Positions 7,748 to 17,633 are shown, counted from the stretch's first letter. The stretch is DNA of 36,787 nucleotides from an uncultured Candidatus Saccharibacteria bacterium (GCA_964459145.1 CAYWKC010000004.1:1-36787), one strand, 5' to 3'. Notes: generated by a model not told the origin, from the sequence alone. Program-made: numbers and translations.

Positions 7748-8611
7748 ATGATGACAGAAGAAGACAAACCAATTTATATAATTAAAGCAAGCGGAGAAAA
7801 AGAACCTTTTGAAAATGAAAAACTCAGAAATTCTTTAAGAAAAGCCGGGGCAAGCTCTCAGGTAATTGAAGAAATTGTTGGAGTAATTAGGAAAAAATTA
7901 ATTGATGGGATGACTACTACTGAGATTTATAAAGAGGCCCTTAAGTTGTTAAGAGAGATTGAGGAAGAAATTGTTCCTATCAAATATTCGGTTAGAAGAG
8001 CTGTTATGCAGTTAGGTCCAGACGGTTTTTCTTTTGAGGATTTTATCGGAGCAATGTTTCGGGCTGTTGGTTATAAAGTGCAATTAAGACAGACAATTAG
8101 AGGATTATGTGTGGCTCATGAAATTGATCTTATTGCTCAAAACGATGAGGAAATTTTAATTGGTGAAATAAAATTTCACAATAAACAAGGAATGAAATCA
8201 GATATAAAAATTGTTTTATATGTGAAAGAAAGATTTGACGATTTAATGAAAGGTGAATTTTGGAAAAATATAAAAAAAGATTTAAGGAAAGAACTTTTGT
8301 TAATAACTAACACTAAGTTTACTAGTAAAGCAATTCAGTATGCAGAATGTTATCCTGGGTTGCAATTAATGAGTTGGAATTATCCAGAAGGAGGAAGTCT
8401 ACATAAGTTTATAGAAGAGGCTAAATTATATCCACTAACTTGTTTGGAATCATTAAGTAGTTATGAAAAAAAATTATTTTTGAAAAACAAAATTGTTTTA
8501 TGTCGGGAATTAAAACAAGGAGGAGAGAGGTTATTTAATTTGGTGGGAATTTCTCCAGAAAAAAGGGTAGTAGTTTTAAGAGAAGTAGAACATTTATTAA
8601 CTAAAAAATAA
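7748..8611 (+). CDS. ATP-cone domain protein with restriction-endonuclease-like PD-(D/E)xK domain
   Basis: N-terminal IIKASGEKEPFENEKLRNSL (ATP cone); FEDFIGAMF...GY...HEIDLIA...IGEIKFH...LITNTKFTSKA (Mrr-like fold). Confidence 0.75.
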   Translation: MMTEEDKPIYIIKASGEKEPFENEKLRNSLRKAGASSQVIEEIVGVIRKKLIDGMTTTEIYKEALKLLREIEEEIVPIKYSVRRAVMQLGPDGFSFEDFIGAMFRAVGYKVQLRQTIRGLCVAHEIDLIAQNDEEILIGEIKFHNKQGMKSDIKIVLYVKERFDDLMKGEFWKNIKKDLRKELLLITNTKFTSKAIQYAECYPGLQLMSWNYPEGGSLHKFIEEAKLYPLTCLESLSSYEKKLFLKNKIVLCRELKQGGERLFNLVGISPEKRVVVLREVEHLLTKK

Positions 8612-8619
8612 TCATTAGG

Positions 8620-9171
8620 ATGAGTTACAATTTTATAAAGTTAAAAAAAGATGTTGCTGAAATAGAGAACTGGTTAAAAAAGGAATTTTCTAATATCAGA
8701 ACTGGTTTGGTCTCAATCACGATTTTAGACAATATTAGGGTCGAAAATTACGGCAACTTGACACCGATCAACCAAATAGCTAATCTGACAATAGAAGATG
8801 CAAAAACAATTCGAATTATCCCTTGGGATTCATCTCAAGTTAAAGGAATTGAAAAAGCAATAATAAAGTTCGATTTAGGTGTATCTGTTGCAGTGGATGA
8901 AAAGGGATTAAGATTATCTTTTCCTGAGTTGACTAACGAAAGAAGACAAACTTTTGTCAAAATTGCCAAAGACAAATTAGAACAAGCTAAGGTTTCTTTA
9001 CGAGCCGAACGAGACAAAGTCTGGAATGATATTCAGAATAAAGAAAAAAATAATGAAATTAGTGAAGACGATAAATTTCAATTAAAAGATGAAATGCAAA
9101 AAATTATAGATGAGATAAAAGAAGTGTTAGTCGTATTGTTTGAAAAGAAGGAAAAGGAAATAATAGGGTAA
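8620..9171 (+). CDS. frr: Ribosome recycling factor
   Basis: IRTG, YG...INQIANL, IIPWD, FPELTNERR, ISEDD, KEKEI. Confidence 0.95.
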   Translation: MSYNFIKLKKDVAEIENWLKKEFSNIRTGLVSITILDNIRVENYGNLTPINQIANLTIEDAKTIRIIPWDSSQVKGIEKAIIKFDLGVSVAVDEKGLRLSFPELTNERRQTFVKIAKDKLEQAKVSLRAERDKVWNDIQNKEKNNEISEDDKFQLKDEMQKIIDEIKEVLVVLFEKKEKEIIG

Positions 9172-9190
9172 GGGGTCGGCTGAAAAAATT

Positions 9191-10306
9191 ATGCCAATTT
9201 TGATTTTTATAATAGTTTTAGGAATTCTTATTTTTGTCCATGAATTGGGTCATTTTGTCTTTGCCAAAAAAACAGGAATGTTGGTGGAAGAGTTTGCCAT
9301 TGGTTTTCCTCCCAGAATTTTTAGTTTTCAAAAAGGAGAGACAAAGTATTCTATTGGTCTTATTCCAATTGGTGGTTTTGTCAAAATACATGGAGAAGAT
9401 TATGAAGACAAGGATAAAAGGGATAACCAAAAAGAAAAAGACAAAAATTATCAGAGACGATTTACGAGTAGCCCTAAATGGGCCCAAGCAGTTGTTCTTA
9501 TCGCTGGTGTTTCTTTTAATTTGTTATTGGCTTGGTCTTTTATTTCTATTGGCTTTATGTTGGGGTTGCCTGTTTCAATTAACCAATTTGAAAATGAAGT
9601 TGTTAATGACGTCAGATTGGTCTTAATTAATGTTTTGCCGAAATCTCCAGCTGAACAAGCTGGATTAAAAACAGGCGATATTATTTTATCTTTAGGAGAT
9701 GAAGTAGCTAATGTAGTTCAAAATTTTGAAAGCGCTAAAATAGCAGAGGATTATATTGCTGTTCATGGTAATCAAAAAATTGAAGTCCTCTATAAAAGGA
9801 ATCAAGAGACAATTTTGACCAAACTTACTCCTCAAGAAGGAATAGTAGAAGGAAAACCAGCAATAGGAGTTTCGTTTGGAATGATTGGAATTATTAAATT
9901 TCCAGTAGGGGTTGCTTTTTGGGAAGGTTTAAAGACGACTTACTCATTGACGGTTGCTACTGTTATTGGTTTATTTTATTTTGTAAAAGATTTATTGGTT
10001 GGGTCAGCCGACTTGTCTCAAGTAGCTGGTCCAGTGGGAATTATTTTTATGGTAGGAAATGCCTTTAGTTTTGGTTTTATTTATTTACTTAGCTTTGTAG
10101 CTCTTATTTCTATAAATTTAGCTGTTATAAATTTAATTCCTATTCCAGCTCTTGATGGAGGGCGTTTGTTGTTTGTTTTAATTGAAGCTATCAAGAGGTC
10201 TCCTCTGAAGGCAAAAACTGTTAATGGACTTAATTTTATTGGTTTTGCTTTCTTAATTCTTTTAATGCTGGCTGTCACTTTCAGCGATGTTATTAAGTTT
10301 TTCTAA
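9191..10306 (+). CDS. rseP: RseP-like site-2 (M50) membrane metalloprotease with PDZ domain
   Basis: HELGH, FAIGF, IPIGGFV, SPAEQAGLKTGD, NLIPIPALDGGR. Confidence 0.93.
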   Translation: MPILIFIIVLGILIFVHELGHFVFAKKTGMLVEEFAIGFPPRIFSFQKGETKYSIGLIPIGGFVKIHGEDYEDKDKRDNQKEKDKNYQRRFTSSPKWAQAVVLIAGVSFNLLLAWSFISIGFMLGLPVSINQFENEVVNDVRLVLINVLPKSPAEQAGLKTGDIILSLGDEVANVVQNFESAKIAEDYIAVHGNQKIEVLYKRNQETILTKLTPQEGIVEGKPAIGVSFGMIGIIKFPVGVAFWEGLKTTYSLTVATVIGLFYFVKDLLVGSADLSQVAGPVGIIFMVGNAFSFGFIYLLSFVALISINLAVINLIPIPALDGGRLLFVLIEAIKRSPLKAKTVNGLNFIGFAFLILLMLAVTFSDVIKFF

Positions 10307-10361
10307 TTTTGAGAAGATAAAATCATCAAAGAGAAGGTTAATGTTTATTAGGACAGTTGTT

Positions 10362-10390
10362 TTGACCAAACTGTTGGAATAAGTTATTAT
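10362..10390 (+). promoter_or_regulatory. Sigma70-type promoter for proS
   Basis: TTGACC-17 bp-TATTAT, 7 nt before ATG 10398. Confidence 0.55.
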
Positions 10391-10397
10391 TAGAGTA

Positions 10398-11636
10398 ATG
10401 CGACAAAGTAATTTATTTACAAAAACAAGAAAAGAAGCTCCTAAAGACGAAGTAGCTAAAAATGCTAGATTGCTTATTCAAGCTGGTTTTATAAATAAAG
10501 AAATGGCGGGGGTATATTCTTTTTTACCTTTAGGTCTAAGAGTTTTAGAAAAAATAAAAGATATTATAAGAGACGAGATGAATAAAATGGGGGGGCAAGA
10601 AATTTTAATGACGACTCTCCAAGACAAAGATGCTTGGGAAAGGACGGAGAGATGGGATGACAACAAAGTTGATGATTGGTTTAAAACCGATTTAAAAACG
10701 GGGTCTGAACTTGGTTTAGCTTTTACCCACGAAGAACCTCTCACTCAAATAATGAAAAATTTTATTTCTTCATACAAAGACTTGCCTTGTTTAGTTTATC
10801 AATTTCAAACCAAGTTTAGGAATGAATTAAGAGTTAAATCAGGTCTTCTGAGAGGGAGAGAATTTTTAATGAAAGACCTTTATTCTTTTTCTAAAAACAA
10901 AGAAGAACACGAAAAGTTTTATGAGAAGATGAAAGATGTTTATATGAATATCTTTGGGAGATTAGGTTTTGGTGATAAAACTTACACAACGATTTCGTCG
11001 GGGGGGAGTTTTTCTAAGTATTCTTATGAATTTCAGACCTTAACAGAGGCGGGGGAAGATTTAGTTTATGTTGTTGATGAAGTTAAAAAGATTGCTATAA
11101 ATAAGGATGATTTTAGCGAAGAGATTTTAAAAGATTTTGGATTAGAAAATATAAAAAAAGAAAATTTGACACAAAGAAAATCAATTGAAGTAGGCGATAT
11201 TTATTCTTTAGGGGAAAAATATTCAAAGGCCCTTGGCTTGAGCTATAAAAATGAAAAAGGAAAAGAAAAGTTTGTCTATATGGGTTCTTATGGAATTGGA
11301 GTAACTCGGTTGATGGGAACTATCGTAGAAATTTTTTCAGATGAAAATGGAATTATTTGGCCAGAAGCAGTGGCTCCTTTTCAAATACATTTGTTAAGTT
11401 TAGGGCAAGATAATGAAGCCGATAAAATTTATGAAAAATTGAAGGAAGCTGGAAAAGAGGTTCTTTATGATGATAGAGATGTTAAGGCCGGTGAGAAATT
11501 TGTGGAGGCTGATTTAATTGGTATTCCAATTAGAATTGTGGTGAGTGAAAAAAGTTTGAAAGAGGGAGGGGTAGAATTTAAAAAAAGGAATGAAAAAGTA
11601 ACAAAAATCGTAAAAACGGAGGAGTTGTTTAAATGA
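10398..11636 (+). CDS. proS: Proline--tRNA ligase (short form, no INS editing domain)
   Basis: MRQS, THEE, QTKFRNELR, GLLRGREFLMKDLYSF, MGSYGIGVTRL, GIIWP. Confidence 0.95.
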   Translation: MRQSNLFTKTRKEAPKDEVAKNARLLIQAGFINKEMAGVYSFLPLGLRVLEKIKDIIRDEMNKMGGQEILMTTLQDKDAWERTERWDDNKVDDWFKTDLKTGSELGLAFTHEEPLTQIMKNFISSYKDLPCLVYQFQTKFRNELRVKSGLLRGREFLMKDLYSFSKNKEEHEKFYEKMKDVYMNIFGRLGFGDKTYTTISSGGSFSKYSYEFQTLTEAGEDLVYVVDEVKKIAINKDDFSEEILKDFGLENIKKENLTQRKSIEVGDIYSLGEKYSKALGLSYKNEKGKEKFVYMGSYGIGVTRLMGTIVEIFSDENGIIWPEAVAPFQIHLLSLGQDNEADKIYEKLKEAGKEVLYDDRDVKAGEKFVEADLIGIPIRIVVSEKSLKEGGVEFKKRNEKVTKIVKTEELFK

Positions 11637-11687
11637 TATTAATAGTTTAGTTTAAAGATAATTTACTTTTTGTAGGTATCTAACGGG

Positions 11688-12767
11688 ATGAAAAAAAAGA
11701 ACATCATAGAAAGAATAAAGAAGAAATTTAAGAATTTATTTTCTAATGATATTGGAATTGATTTGGGTACTGCCAATACTCTTGTTTATGTTCGAGGAAG
11801 AGGAATTGTCTTGAACGAACCGACGGTGGTGGCTTTAAATGAAAAAACTGGAAGAGTAGTGGCGGTTGGTCGCCAAGCTCAAAAAATGATTGGGCGAACT
11901 CCTTCACACATAACAGCTGTGAGACCTTTAGTGGAAGGAGTTATTTCTGATTTTGAGATAACAGAAGAAATGATTGCTTACTTGATAAATAAATCACAAG
12001 AAAATTCAAAAAAAATAATTGGTCCGCGAGTTTTGGTTGGTGTTCCTTCGGGCATTACCAATGTAGAAACACGCGCAGTTTATGATGCTGTAAAAAATGC
12101 TGGGGCACGAGAGGTTCATCTGATTGAAGAACCCATGGTCGCAGCTATTGGAGATCGTCTCCCGATTAAAGATGCCGTGGGGAGTGTCATTATTGATATC
12201 GGTGGGGGAAATACAGATATTGCGGTGATTTCTTTGGGTGGAATAGTTAATTCTAAAAATTTAAAAATAGCTGGAGATAGGTTAAATGAAGATATTATTC
12301 AATATGTCAGAAATAAATTTAAGATTTTAATCGGGGAAAAAACAGCGGAACGTTTAAAAATAGATATTGGTTCAGTTTTACCTTTAGATGAGCCATTGGA
12401 AGCTACGATGAGGGGGAGAGATTTAGTAACGGGCTTACCTCGAGAAATAAAAATAAACGATACTCATATACGAAAGGCCATTTCCCAATCACTTGTTTTG
12501 TTATTAGATGCGATTAAAGAAGTCTTAGAAATAACCCCTCCAGAAATAATATCTGATATTTTAAATAGGGGGATTTTCCTTACGGGAGGGGGTTCTCTTC
12601 TTAGACAGTTAGATGTTCTTTTGGGTGAATTGACAAAAGTTCCTGTTCATCTTGTAGATGACCCTCTAACTTCAGTTGCGAGGGGAACGGGAGTAGTCTT
12701 GGAAGAGATGAGCGATTATAAAGAAATTCTTATTTGTGATGAAGATGGTGTTTCTCTCAAAGAATAA
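11688..12767 (+). CDS. mreB: Rod shape-determining protein MreB
   Basis: IGIDLGTANT, LIEEP, DIGGG, LTGGGSLL. Confidence 0.97.
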   Translation: MKKKNIIERIKKKFKNLFSNDIGIDLGTANTLVYVRGRGIVLNEPTVVALNEKTGRVVAVGRQAQKMIGRTPSHITAVRPLVEGVISDFEITEEMIAYLINKSQENSKKIIGPRVLVGVPSGITNVETRAVYDAVKNAGAREVHLIEEPMVAAIGDRLPIKDAVGSVIIDIGGGNTDIAVISLGGIVNSKNLKIAGDRLNEDIIQYVRNKFKILIGEKTAERLKIDIGSVLPLDEPLEATMRGRDLVTGLPREIKINDTHIRKAISQSLVLLLDAIKEVLEITPPEIISDILNRGIFLTGGGSLLRQLDVLLGELTKVPVHLVDDPLTSVARGTGVVLEEMSDYKEILICDEDGVSLKE

Positions 12768-13533
12768 TAAAAGTAGCAAAAAAAAGTTCTTAATTGGATT
12801 TATTGGGTTATTATTGATGGTGGCTTTTTACTTGGGGGGCTTATCTTTTTTAACAGGACCATTACACTATGCTGGAAAACCATTATGGTGGTTAAAAAAT
12901 TATTCTTTTGAAATTGTTTCTAACTTTACAGCCATAATTAAGACAAAAGAAACTTTATCGGAAGAAAATAAAGAATTGAAAATCAAATTGAATCAAATTA
13001 ATTCCCAGTATTTATTTCTCAAAACTTTATCAGAAGAAAATAAAGAATTGAAAAAAATGTTGGGGAGACAGGAAAATAATTATAAATTTATTTTAGCTAA
13101 TGTTTTAGCCAAACCTAATTTATCGCCCTATGATTCTTTGATTTTAGATGTGGGGGAGAATTATGGTGTTAAAAAAGGAGATAAAGTTGTGGTTGATGAT
13201 ACCGTCGTTATCGGCGAGTTGGAAGAAATTTATTCTAAAACAGCCAAGGTTCACTTGTATTCTTTTCCTGGGGAGAGTTTAAATGTAGCCATTGGTTTTA
13301 ATAAAATAGTCGGTATGGCTAAAGGGAAAGGAGGGGGCAATTTTGAAGTAAAATTTCCTAAAGATGTTCTTTTTGAAGAGGGTGATATTGTTGTTCTTCC
13401 CAGCCTAAATTTATTTTTTTTAGGAGTAATTAATAAAATAATAATTACTCCAGAAGATTCTTTACAAACTATTTTATTTAAAATTCCAATTAATATCTTT
13501 GAATTAAAATGGGTTCAAATTTTTCAAGAATAA
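12736..13533 (+). CDS. mreC: Rod shape-determining protein MreC
   Basis: TM helix, coiled coil (EENKELKKML), LILDVGENYGVKKG; follows mreB. Confidence 0.9.
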   Translation: MMKMVFLSKNNKSSKKKFLIGFIGLLLMVAFYLGGLSFLTGPLHYAGKPLWWLKNYSFEIVSNFTAIIKTKETLSEENKELKIKLNQINSQYLFLKTLSEENKELKKMLGRQENNYKFILANVLAKPNLSPYDSLILDVGENYGVKKGDKVVVDDTVVIGELEEIYSKTAKVHLYSFPGESLNVAIGFNKIVGMAKGKGGGNFEVKFPKDVLFEEGDIVVLPSLNLFFLGVINKIIITPEDSLQTILFKIPINIFELKWVQIFQE

Positions 13534-13781
13534 TAGTAGATTTTTGTTTATGTTTTAGTATTTTTATCTTACCTTGGTGGATTTCTCTTTTATTTATGTG
13601 TGGGGCTTTTTTTATTTTTGAATCATTTTATGAAGGTTTGTTTTTAGGTTTAACGGCTGATTTACTCTTTTTTACTTCTCACGAATTATTCTATAATTTA
13701 CCTATTATTTTTTTCTTATCTTTGTTTGCTTTTTTACTAATATCTTTTTTGAAAAAACAATTAAGATTAAATCATCAATAA
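13509..13781 (+). CDS. Small three-TM membrane protein at the mreD position
   Basis: Highly hydrophobic, GLFLGLTADL resembles the MreD GlxxD motif; overlaps mreC and mrdA. Confidence 0.6.
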   Translation: MGSNFSRIIVDFCLCFSIFILPWWISLLFMCGAFFIFESFYEGLFLGLTADLLFFTSHELFYNLPIIFFLSLFAFLLISFLKKQLRLNHQ

Positions 13782-15487
13782 TGTTTTTAAGAAAAAAAAA
13801 ATTATTCCATAGGTTTAAAAGAACTGGAAGAGAAATTACCCCAGATGATATTTTTATTGATTCAAAAAATTTGCCGAGATTTGATGAGGACCAGTTTGAA
13901 GGGAGAATAGAAAAATCTATTTCAAAAAAGATTATTATTTTTGTTGGTTGTTTCTTTATGTTGGTAACTACTGTTTATCTTTTAAAAATAGGAGATTTAC
14001 AGTTGAAAAATGGTAATAAATTTTTGGCAAGAAGCGAAAATAATCATCTTCAACACTCAATTATTTTTGCAGAACGAGGAATCATTTACGACAGGAACAA
14101 TCAAGAGCTTGTTTATAATTCTTCAGAGAAAGAGACTGATCAAGAATTTTTTAAGAGAGAATATTTTGATTATAAGGGGTTGGCCCATATTTTAGGTTAT
14201 GTAAGTTATCCATTAAAGGATAAAAATGGTAATTATTATCAAGATGAGTATCTCGGAAAAAGTGGTATGGAAGAATTTTTCAATGATAAATTAAGCGGTG
14301 AGAACGGTTTAAAAATCATTGAAAAAGATGCTCTCTTTGAGACAAAATCAGAGTCAATTATTCAGCCCCCCCAAAAAGGCGAGAGTGTTTTTCTTTCTAT
14401 TGATATTAGAGTTCAAGAAACACTTTATAAGTTTATCTCTGGATTAGCCAAACAAATTGGTTCTAAAGGTGGGGCAGGGGTGATAATGGATGTGAACAAT
14501 GGTGAAGTTTTGGCCTTAGTCAGTTATCCAGAATATGACCTTGAAATTATGTCTAATAGTAAGGACGAAAATGAAGTCAAAAAATATACAATGGCGAAAG
14601 ATAATCCTTTCCTAAATAGAGTAACTATGGGTCTTTATACCCCAGGGTCTATTGTTAAGCCGTTTTTAGCTATAGCTGCTTTGAATGAAGGTATTATTAG
14701 TCCTAATAAAAAAATATTAAGTACGGGTTCTATTTCTATTCCTAACCCATATTTCCCCAATGAAAGTTCTATTTTTAACGACTGGAAAGCTCACGGTTGG
14801 GTAGATATGAAAGAAGCATTGGCTGTTTCCTCTAATGTCTATTTTTATGCAATTGGAGGTGGATACGAGGGTCAAATTGGTTTAGGTATTGATAAAATTA
14901 ATGAATATATCAAACTTTTTGGTTTTAGCGAAGAAGCGGGGATTGAGGGTTTTTTAGAAGAAAGAGGAATTATTCCTAATCCCGAGTGGAAAAAAAAGAT
15001 GTTTAATGGAGAGGAATGGATGTTGGGAGATACTTACCACACTTCTATTGGGCAATATGGTTTTCAAGTAACCCCTTTACAGATAGTAAGAGCTATAGGT
15101 TCAATTGCTAACAGCGGAAAACTTTTTCGTCCAACTATTGTAAAAAAAGAAAATAATGAAAAAAATTATGAAATTATACCAATTGATGAACAATATTTTC
15201 AAATTGTGCGAGAAGGGATGCGACAAGCGGTGACTGTTGGAACAGGCAAGGGATTAAATTTACCTTTTTTAGATATTTCGGTCAAAACTGGTACTGCTGA
15301 AAGGGGGACTATAAAGGAAAAAGTTAATTCTTGGGTGACGGGTTTTTTTCCGTCTATCAATCCGAGGTTTGCTTTTGCTGTGATGATGGAAGAGGGTCCT
15401 AGTGATAATCAAATTGGGGGTCTTTATGTTATGCGACAATTATTAGAGTGGATGCATCTAAACACCCCTGAATATTTATCATCTTAA
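13781..15487 (+). CDS. mrdA: Penicillin-binding protein 2 (class B)
   Basis: RGIIYDRN, SIVK (SxxK), SSN (SxN), KTG. Confidence 0.93.
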   Translation: MFLRKKKLFHRFKRTGREITPDDIFIDSKNLPRFDEDQFEGRIEKSISKKIIIFVGCFFMLVTTVYLLKIGDLQLKNGNKFLARSENNHLQHSIIFAERGIIYDRNNQELVYNSSEKETDQEFFKREYFDYKGLAHILGYVSYPLKDKNGNYYQDEYLGKSGMEEFFNDKLSGENGLKIIEKDALFETKSESIIQPPQKGESVFLSIDIRVQETLYKFISGLAKQIGSKGGAGVIMDVNNGEVLALVSYPEYDLEIMSNSKDENEVKKYTMAKDNPFLNRVTMGLYTPGSIVKPFLAIAALNEGIISPNKKILSTGSISIPNPYFPNESSIFNDWKAHGWVDMKEALAVSSNVYFYAIGGGYEGQIGLGIDKINEYIKLFGFSEEAGIEGFLEERGIIPNPEWKKKMFNGEEWMLGDTYHTSIGQYGFQVTPLQIVRAIGSIANSGKLFRPTIVKKENNEKNYEIIPIDEQYFQIVREGMRQAVTVGTGKGLNLPFLDISVKTGTAERGTIKEKVNSWVTGFFPSINPRFAFAVMMEEGPSDNQIGGLYVMRQLLEWMHLNTPEYLSS

Positions 15488-15510
15488 ATTTAAAAAAGAG
15501 ATTTTAAGAA

Positions 15511-15555
15511 AAACCTTAAAAAGACAGAAAGTTTTATTTTTAAGGTTTGTTTTTT
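15511..15555 (+). terminator. Possible intrinsic terminator after mrdA
   Basis: 12-bp arms AAACCTTAAAAA / TTTTTAAGGTTT followed by GTTTTTT. Confidence 0.45.
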
Positions 15556-15588
15556 ATTACTATGTATATTAGAATGTAGGGCAAAGAT

Positions 15589-16071
15589 TTGGTAAATAAA
15601 GATATGAACAATGACAGAGAATATCTAACAAAAGAAAAATACGAGGAACTTCAAAAAGAGTTTGAATGGCTTCAATCAGGAAGGCGAAAAGAATTAGCAG
15701 ATAATTTAAGAGAGGCGATGACCTTAGGTGATTTAAGTGAGAATGCAGAATATCACCAAGCCAGAGAAGATCAAGCCAATGTTGAAAAAAGAATAAAGGA
15801 ATTAGAGGTTATCTTAAAAAATGTTGTTATTGTCAAACAAAGTAAATTTGATACTGTTGGTGTGGGAGCAACTATCCTTCTGAAGAAGAAAGGAGAAAGC
15901 GAAAACAAACAGTTTTACATTGTAGGGACCCAAGAAGTAGATATGGAACAAAATAAAATTTCTATAACTTCACCTTTAGTGCAAGCTATGTTAGACAAAA
16001 AAGAGGGTGAATCATTTGCTTTTAAATCACCGAAAGGGATACAAGAATATAAAATAATTAGTATTAAGTAA
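15589..16071 (+). CDS. greA: Transcription elongation factor GreA (true start may be ATG 15604)
   Basis: YLTKE, GDLSENAEY, ISITSPL. Confidence 0.95.
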   Translation: MVNKDMNNDREYLTKEKYEELQKEFEWLQSGRRKELADNLREAMTLGDLSENAEYHQAREDQANVEKRIKELEVILKNVVIVKQSKFDTVGVGATILLKKKGESENKQFYIVGTQEVDMEQNKISITSPLVQAMLDKKEGESFAFKSPKGIQEYKIISIK

Positions 16072-16089
16072 TTATTAATTTTTTTTAAA

Positions 16090-16121
16090 AACTATAAACT
16101 ATTAACTAACAACTATAAACT
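16090..16121. repeat. Heptamer tandem repeat (AACTATA) x ~4.5
   Basis: AACTATA AACTATT AACTAAC AACTATA AACT. Confidence 0.65.
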
Positions 16122-16126
16122 GAATC

Positions 16127-17584
16127 ATGGCATCTTTAGAAGAAATTAGAAAAATAAGACTGGAAAAAAAGAAAAAATTAGAAAACAAAGGCATTAATCC
16201 TTATCCAGCCAAAATCGTTTTTGATGCGACCTTAAAAGAAGTTATTGATAGTTTTAAAGAAGGAAAAAAAATTAGAGTGGTAGGGAGAATAATGTCTCTT
16301 CGTTCACAGGGAGTTTTGATTTTTTTTGATTTATTTGATGGCACAGGAAGTTTCCAAGGACTTCTCAAAAAAGATGAAATTAGTGAGGAAAAATTCAATC
16401 TTTTTGTAGAAACAATTGATATTGGTGATTTTGTTTTGATTGAGGGGAAACTTTTTATAACTGAAAGAGGTCAGCAAACAATAGCTGTTTCTGATTGGAA
16501 GATTGTTGCTAAAAGTTTAAGACCTTTACCAGAGAAGTGGCATGGTTTAAAGGATTCAGAAGAAAGATATAGAAAAAGATATTTAGATTTATTGATGAAT
16601 CCTGAGATTAAAAATCTTTTTATCAAAAAAACAGAATTTTGGAATGTTGCGAGAGAGTTTTTTAAGGCAAAAGGTTTCCTTGAAGTAGAAACACCTATGT
16701 TAGAAATAACTACAGGGGGAGCAGAGGCCCGACCTTTTATTACCCATCATAATGATTTTGATATTGATTTATATTTGAGAATTTCTGTTGGCGAATTATG
16801 GCATAAACGACTGTTAGTGTCTGGTTTTACAAAAACATTTGAAATTGGCAAAATTTTTCGCAATGAGGGAACTAGTGCAGAACATTTACAGGAATTTACT
16901 AATTTAGAGTTTTACTGGGCTTATGCTGATTACAAAGATGGGATGGAATTGGCACAAGAATTATATCGGAAAATAGCTAAAGATGTTTTTGGAACAACCA
17001 AGTTTGAATTGAAACAATATAAATTTGATTTAGCAGATGAATGGATTGAAATTGATTATCAGAGTGAAGTATTAAAACAAACAGGTATTGATGTTTTGAC
17101 TACCAATGAAGAAAAAATGAAAAGCAAGTTAGATGAACTTAAAATAAAGTATGAAGGAGAAAATAGAGAACGTTTGATGGATACTTTATGGAAATATTGT
17201 CGAGAAAAAATTGCTGGCCCAGCTTTTCTTATTAATCATCCTAAGTTAGTAGCTCCTTTAGCCAAAGTTAAAAATGATAATCAGGAGTTGACAGAAAGAT
17301 TTCAAATTATTTTAGCTGGTTCAGAAATAGGCAATGGTTTCTCGGAATTGAACGACCCGCTTGACCAAAAAGAAAGGTTTGAAATACAACAAGCTCTTTT
17401 GAAAAAAGGTGACCTTGAAGCCATGATGCCCGATTGGGAATTTGTAGAAACTTTAGAATACGGTATGCCACCAGCTTGTGGTTTTGGTTTTGGTGAAAGA
17501 TTATTCTGGGTTTTAGCGGGTGTCTCTGCTCGAGAAGGAACTCTCTTCCCCCTAATGCGTTCAAGAGAAGTAGGAAAAGACTAA
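16127..17584 (+). CDS. lysS: Lysine--tRNA ligase (class II)
   Basis: LPEKWHGL, RYRKRYLDL, GGAEARPF, FRNEG, SELNDP, YGMPP. Confidence 0.97.
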   Translation: MASLEEIRKIRLEKKKKLENKGINPYPAKIVFDATLKEVIDSFKEGKKIRVVGRIMSLRSQGVLIFFDLFDGTGSFQGLLKKDEISEEKFNLFVETIDIGDFVLIEGKLFITERGQQTIAVSDWKIVAKSLRPLPEKWHGLKDSEERYRKRYLDLLMNPEIKNLFIKKTEFWNVAREFFKAKGFLEVETPMLEITTGGAEARPFITHHNDFDIDLYLRISVGELWHKRLLVSGFTKTFEIGKIFRNEGTSAEHLQEFTNLEFYWAYADYKDGMELAQELYRKIAKDVFGTTKFELKQYKFDLADEWIEIDYQSEVLKQTGIDVLTTNEEKMKSKLDELKIKYEGENRERLMDTLWKYCREKIAGPAFLINHPKLVAPLAKVKNDNQELTERFQIILAGSEIGNGFSELNDPLDQKERFEIQQALLKKGDLEAMMPDWEFVETLEYGMPPACGFGFGERLFWVLAGVSAREGTLFPLMRSREVGKD

Positions 17585-17598
17585 AAATAGATTAAAAG

Positions 17599-17627
17599 TT
17601 GATTTTGACAAGGTTATTTGGTAGAAT
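17599..17627 (+). promoter_or_regulatory. Sigma70-type promoter for rpsP with extended -10
   Basis: TTGATT-17 bp-TAGAAT with TGn, 6 nt before ATG 17634. Confidence 0.6.
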
Positions 17628-17633
17628 ACGGGC

